Positions 39,952 to 43,735 of a DNA stretch of 43,735 nt are shown one piece after another; within the stretch, counting starts at the first letter, position 1; every line of letters begins with the position of its first letter. Source of the stretch: Methanosarcinales archaeon. Its GTDB lineage: Archaea > Halobacteriota > Methanosarcinia > Methanosarcinales > Methanogasteraceae. The stretch covers positions 1 to 43,735 of the forward strand of contig DAOURL010000001.1 of NCBI GenBank assembly GCA_030625165.1, in the 5' to 3' direction. Position numbers and translations under genes: made by a program. The notes beneath the pieces are model-generated. The model saw only the letters and a list, made by a program, of their open reading frames with translations. It ran no database searches and was not told where the DNA came from.

Positions 39952-40605
39952 ATGAAGATAGCGATTCTTGGCGGGACCGGTGACATCGGCGAGGGGTTTG
40001 CGCTTAACTGGGCAGGAAACCACCACATCCGTATCGGCTCACGCAAAGCAGACAAGGCAGAGGCGGCAGCCGAAAGTTACAGAGATACGCTTGCAGGTCT
40101 TGGAATGGAAGGCAACATTCTGGGATTTGATAACCGGACCGCAGCCGAGGGCGCAGACGTGATCATACTCACAGTACCGCCCGAACATGTCTCAGGAGTG
40201 ATCGATACCGTGCGCCCGGTGCTCGATCGCCAGATCATCATCTCTCCGGTCGTTCCGATGACCAAATCCGAATATTTCGAGTACATTCCTCCGGAACAGG
40301 GGAGTGCGGCAGAGGCGATTCTGGAGATGCTGCCAGAGGGCACCTGCTTGGTTGCAGCATATCACACAATCGCGTCCAGTCGGCTGTGCAGTCTCGATCC
40401 CGCATTCAGGTGCGATGTGATGATCTGCGGCAATGACCGCCATTCAAAGGATGTCGTGATCAACCTCACCGATGAAATCGAGTGCCTGCGTCCGCTGGAT
40501 GCCGGTCCGCTCGCAGCAGCAAGGACGATCGAGTCGTTAACACCAATGCTGCTCAATCTCGCCATGCTAAATAACCTGAAAGATCCGAGCATCAAGATCC
40601 TGTAA
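39952..40605 (+). CDS. npdG: NADPH-dependent F420 reductase (F420H2:NADP+ oxidoreductase)
   Basis: KIAILGGTGDIGEG, IGSR, GSAAE, DAGPL, ESLTPMLLNL. Confidence 0.9.
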   Translation: MKIAILGGTGDIGEGFALNWAGNHHIRIGSRKADKAEAAAESYRDTLAGLGMEGNILGFDNRTAAEGADVIILTVPPEHVSGVIDTVRPVLDRQIIISPVVPMTKSEYFEYIPPEQGSAAEAILEMLPEGTCLVAAYHTIASSRLCSLDPAFRCDVMICGNDRHSKDVVINLTDEIECLRPLDAGPLAAARTIESLTPMLLNLAMLNNLKDPSIKIL

Positions 40606-40612
40606 GATTACG

Positions 40613-41224
40613 ATGTCACTTGATTCCCTGCGCCCTCATGCACAAAGCATCCTAAAGCCGCTTGTTAGGGGCATGTCCCGCATGGCGATAACGCCTGATG
40701 CCCTGTCAGTCATCTCCCTTGTCTTTGCGATCTCTGCAGGAATGCTGTATGCGGTGTCGGGTGGCAGCACAACGCTCGTGCTTGCTGCCGCTGCGCTGGT
40801 GCTCTTAAACGGGGTTGCGGATGCGATGGACGGGGAACTTGCGAGAAGTTCGGGCACCGCGGGCAAGCGTGGCGACTTCCTGGATCATGTGATCGACCGG
40901 TATGCCGATGTCTCCATCATCTGCGGGATATTCTTCGGGGCGTATGTGGACTGGCGGATCGGAGTTGCTGCGGTCGTTGGCACGCTCCTTACAAGTTATC
41001 TTGGTGTGCAGGCGCAGGCAGTCGGGGTTGGCAGGTATTACGGCGGAATACTCGGGCGGGCTGACCGTCTTGTAATTATAATGCTTGCAAGCATCCTTTA
41101 CTTCCTGTATCCTCAGGATATCTATGGATTTTCATTTCTCGGGTGGTCAATAGTGTTGATAGCGATAGCAAGCAATTTAACAGCGATCCAGCGATTTGTG
41201 CATATCTGGAGGGCGCTTTCCTGA
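40613..41224 (+). CDS. CDP-alcohol phosphatidyltransferase (archaetidylinositol-phosphate synthase-like)
   Basis: DAMDGELAR...GDFLDHVIDRYAD signature. Confidence 0.9.
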   Translation: MSLDSLRPHAQSILKPLVRGMSRMAITPDALSVISLVFAISAGMLYAVSGGSTTLVLAAAALVLLNGVADAMDGELARSSGTAGKRGDFLDHVIDRYADVSIICGIFFGAYVDWRIGVAAVVGTLLTSYLGVQAQAVGVGRYYGGILGRADRLVIIMLASILYFLYPQDIYGFSFLGWSIVLIAIASNLTAIQRFVHIWRALS

Positions 41225-41399
41225 TAGGTTCTATCGCGGTAATATTTCCTGATGTACGTACGTCTGCTGTGAATTTGGTATATCGATTTGCATAATGATG
41301 GTAAATAGTTTGTGATTTTGGTGCGATAAGATTTTTATAGTATGTGGTAATGGTTTGATCTATGCAAATATTGCAATCGATAGATGGAGGTAGAACACT

Positions 41400-43502
41400 A
41401 TGAAGAAAATAATAGGAATCGTAATGGTACTGCTGATGCTGATGTCGGTGACAGTTGCATTGGCTGGCAACACAAAGGATACGCAGACCGGTGGCGAAAA
41501 GGTGAAAGTGATCATCGGTTATGTGGACAAGCCCAATCAGGCTGACGAGGACGTGATTCGAGGACATGGTGGAAAAACCAAGCATACATATCATATAATC
41601 GATGCGAAAGCGGTGGAAATACCGGAGCAGACTATCGATCGTATTAAGAGGAATCCAAGAGTTGCATACGTGGAAATGGATGCTGAGGTGCACACGCTTG
41701 AAGAAACGCTTCCTTGGGGCGTTGATCGCATAGATGCGGAGTTAGTATGGAATGGTACAGAGGATGGGTGTGATGTAACACCAACCAGAAATGCAGGTGC
41801 TGGCGCTAAGGTCGCGATCATTGACACTGGAATTGATGAAGATCACCCAGATCTACAAGACAACATCGCTGATGGAATAAACTATGTCGTAGGTTCACCA
41901 TTTGACGGTAAGTTTGATGACAATTGGGATGATGATAACGGACATGGAACTCATTGCGCTGGAATTGTAGCAGCAATAGACAATGGCATAGGCGTGATCG
42001 GAGTTGCACCTAACGCATCGTTGTATGCAGTCAAAGTGTTGAGCAGCAGCGGAAGAGGATGGACAAGTGATGTCATTGCGGGAATTGAGTGGACGATTGA
42101 CCCGGATGGAGACACTGGCACCAGCGACAGAATGGATGTTATCTCGATGAGCTTAGGAGGCGGTTATTCATCAGGCATGAAAGATGTGTGTGATGCGGCA
42201 TATGCTGCGGGAATTGTGCTCGTAGCAGCAGCTGGCAACGGTGGAGATGGAGATTCCACCACTGACGAATGCTCATATCCTGCTGCGTACGGTTCTGTTA
42301 TCGCGGTTGGCGCCACAAATTCAGAGGATGTGGCACCTTATTGGAGCAATTCAGGTCCATATTTGGAATTAGTAGCACCAGGAAAAGATATTTACTCCAC
42401 ATGGAACGATGGAGAATATCATACCATCGATGGAACATCGATGGCATGCCCGCATGTTGCAGGGACTGCCGCATTGGTGATAGCTTCCGACTCGTCGTCG
42501 TTAAATGTTGATGTGAGACTACGCCTACAAGAAACTGCTGAGGATCTCGGTGACACAGGATTCGACAAACAATATGGATATGGTCTTGTTGACGCAGATA
42601 ATGCAACCCAGCCAGGCGATGCCCCGCCTGTTGTAGACATTGTGAACCCAGCGGACGGTTCTACGGTTTCTGGTACAATAATCATCGAAGCAAACGCCAG
42701 TGACGATGTAAGTGTAACCAATGTTGACTTCTACATCAACGATACTTTACTTGCAACGGATGACACAGAACCTTACAATGCTTCGTGGAACACCACGACT
42801 GTAGCAGATGGTTCACATATCATAAAAGCAACAGCAACTGACACCATGGGGCAAACTGTCTCGGACACTATCACAGTGACTGTTGACAATGTTGACGAGC
42901 CGCCTACTGTGGAGATAACCAGTCCTGTTGATGGCGCTACTGTTTCTGGTACGATAACCATTGAAGCATCCGCAGGTGATGATAGAGAAGTAAGCAAGGT
43001 TGACTTCTACATCAACGATACTTTACTTGCCACAGATACAGTATCTCCTTACTTATACTATTGGGATACCATGACTGTTTCGGACGGTTCACATATCATA
43101 AAAGCAACTGCAACTGATACAGCAGAACAAACTGCATCAGACTCGATTGGAGTTACAGTCGATAACACGGCTAACTTTATGCACATCGGCAGTATTGTGA
43201 TGTCAACAGATAGTAAAACGCGAGGTCGAAACATATTTGTATGGGCAGTAGCAACGGTAACCATTCTCAATGAGTCTGGCAGTCCGGTTGAAGGTGCAAC
43301 CGTAGAAGGTTACTGGAGTGGATTGACCAGTGATTTTGATTCTGAAACTACTGATACAGAGGGACATGCAACATTGAACTCTGATTCGGTGAAGAATGCC
43401 GAAGGGACGTTCAACTTCACGGTGAGCAATGTCTCACTTACCGGATGGATCTACGACCAAGCAGCAAACGTGGAGACAAACAACAGCATAACCGCACCCT
43501 AA
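41400..43502 (+). CDS. Secreted S8 subtilisin-like protease with I9 propeptide, two Ig-like repeats and a C-terminal domain
   Basis: Signal peptide; catalytic IIDTG, HGTHCAG, GTSMACPHVAG; repeated PP.V.I..P.DG.TVSGT...VTVDN. Confidence 0.92.
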   Translation: MKKIIGIVMVLLMLMSVTVALAGNTKDTQTGGEKVKVIIGYVDKPNQADEDVIRGHGGKTKHTYHIIDAKAVEIPEQTIDRIKRNPRVAYVEMDAEVHTLEETLPWGVDRIDAELVWNGTEDGCDVTPTRNAGAGAKVAIIDTGIDEDHPDLQDNIADGINYVVGSPFDGKFDDNWDDDNGHGTHCAGIVAAIDNGIGVIGVAPNASLYAVKVLSSSGRGWTSDVIAGIEWTIDPDGDTGTSDRMDVISMSLGGGYSSGMKDVCDAAYAAGIVLVAAAGNGGDGDSTTDECSYPAAYGSVIAVGATNSEDVAPYWSNSGPYLELVAPGKDIYSTWNDGEYHTIDGTSMACPHVAGTAALVIASDSSSLNVDVRLRLQETAEDLGDTGFDKQYGYGLVDADNATQPGDAPPVVDIVNPADGSTVSGTIIIEANASDDVSVTNVDFYINDTLLATDDTEPYNASWNTTTVADGSHIIKATATDTMGQTVSDTITVTVDNVDEPPTVEITSPVDGATVSGTITIEASAGDDREVSKVDFYINDTLLATDTVSPYLYYWDTMTVSDGSHIIKATATDTAEQTASDSIGVTVDNTANFMHIGSIVMSTDSKTRGRNIFVWAVATVTILNESGSPVEGATVEGYWSGLTSDFDSETTDTEGHATLNSDSVKNAEGTFNFTVSNVSLTGWIYDQAANVETNNSITAP
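42618..43166 (+). repeat. Tandem duplication of an Ig-like domain (2 x ~276 bp)
   Basis: Shared blocks GTTGACTTCTACATCAACGATACTTTACTTGC and GGTTCACATATCATAAAAGCAAC. Confidence 0.85.
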
Positions 43503-43528
43503 GGAGGAGACCTCTCCTCCTCTCTTTT
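43502..43528 (+). terminator. Hairpin/T-tract between convergent genes
   Basis: AGGAGGAGA-CC-TCTCCTCCT followed by CTCTTTT. Confidence 0.55.
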
Positions 43529-43735
43529 ATCCGGATTCCACCATCCTGCAGATATCTTCCTCCAGCCGCCTTCCCGCACCCTCTTCATACATATCCTCTA
43601 TCCTGCTTGTCCTGATTAACTCGTTTATGTCACAAAGTCGCTCTTTAAAGATCGTTTTCGCGTCATATCCGTTATCTCCCATGATCGCATAGATAATATA
43701 ATATTGAGCATATAAATCACTCTCCAGAAGGGAAT
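43527..43735 (-). CDS. 3' end of an unidentified gene running off the window
   Basis: Open frame ...SLLESDLYAQYYIIYAIMGDNGYD...RMVESG* ending at TAA 43527-43529. Confidence 0.45.
   Translation of the reverse strand, partial: SLLESDLYAQYYIIYAIMGDNGYDAKTIFKERLCDINELIRTSRIEDMYEEGAGRRLEEDICRMVESG

Noticed and set aside
1..43735. CRISPR array, tRNA or rRNA genes
   Set aside because: No regularly spaced repeat-spacer array and no cloverleaf or rRNA-like sequence recognised by eye.

Overview
Archaeal chromosomal window. Gene content (HdrABC/MvhD, F420H2:NADP+ oxidoreductase, RaSEA, archaeal S2, A-type ATPase subunit C, a dockerin remnant, BRE-TATA promoters) points to Methanosarcinia, possibly an ANME-2 or alkane-oxidising lineage (inference). 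(1) 1-5.3 kb is an accessory zone: CPA2 antiporter plus CBS protein, two copies of a ~290-bp MITE, fused gene fragments, a short-antitoxin/GNAT toxin-like pair and a 107-bp MITE. (2) 5.4-26.1 kb is a very large heterodisulfide-reductase locus. It holds an intact plus-strand V4R-hdrC-hdrB-hdrA-mvhD-hdrD-like-split hdrA operon, a second hdrCBA with a 1040-aa HdrA and an extra mvhD; serA lies inside the locus. These are flanked by decaying minus-strand copies (truncated hdrA next to an IS200/IS605 end; hdrC remnant; hdrB with an amber stop). No hydrogenase, formate dehydrogenase or FrhB donor module is present in the window. (3) 26.5-32 kb has rnhB and a deleted type I R-M locus with AT-rich cargo. 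(4) 32-43.7 kb is housekeeping (UbiA, orphan atpC, metG, RaSEA, rps2, GIY-YIG, DHH, npdG, CDP-alcohol transferase, S8 protease). The most unusual signals are a 52-bp TA-flanked two-hairpin element with fully structure-conserving variation that inserts in frame into hdrB, a V4R ligand-binding gene heading the Hdr operon, and a dispersed CACGAAT-based palindromic repeat family. All calls are by eye; no searches were run.
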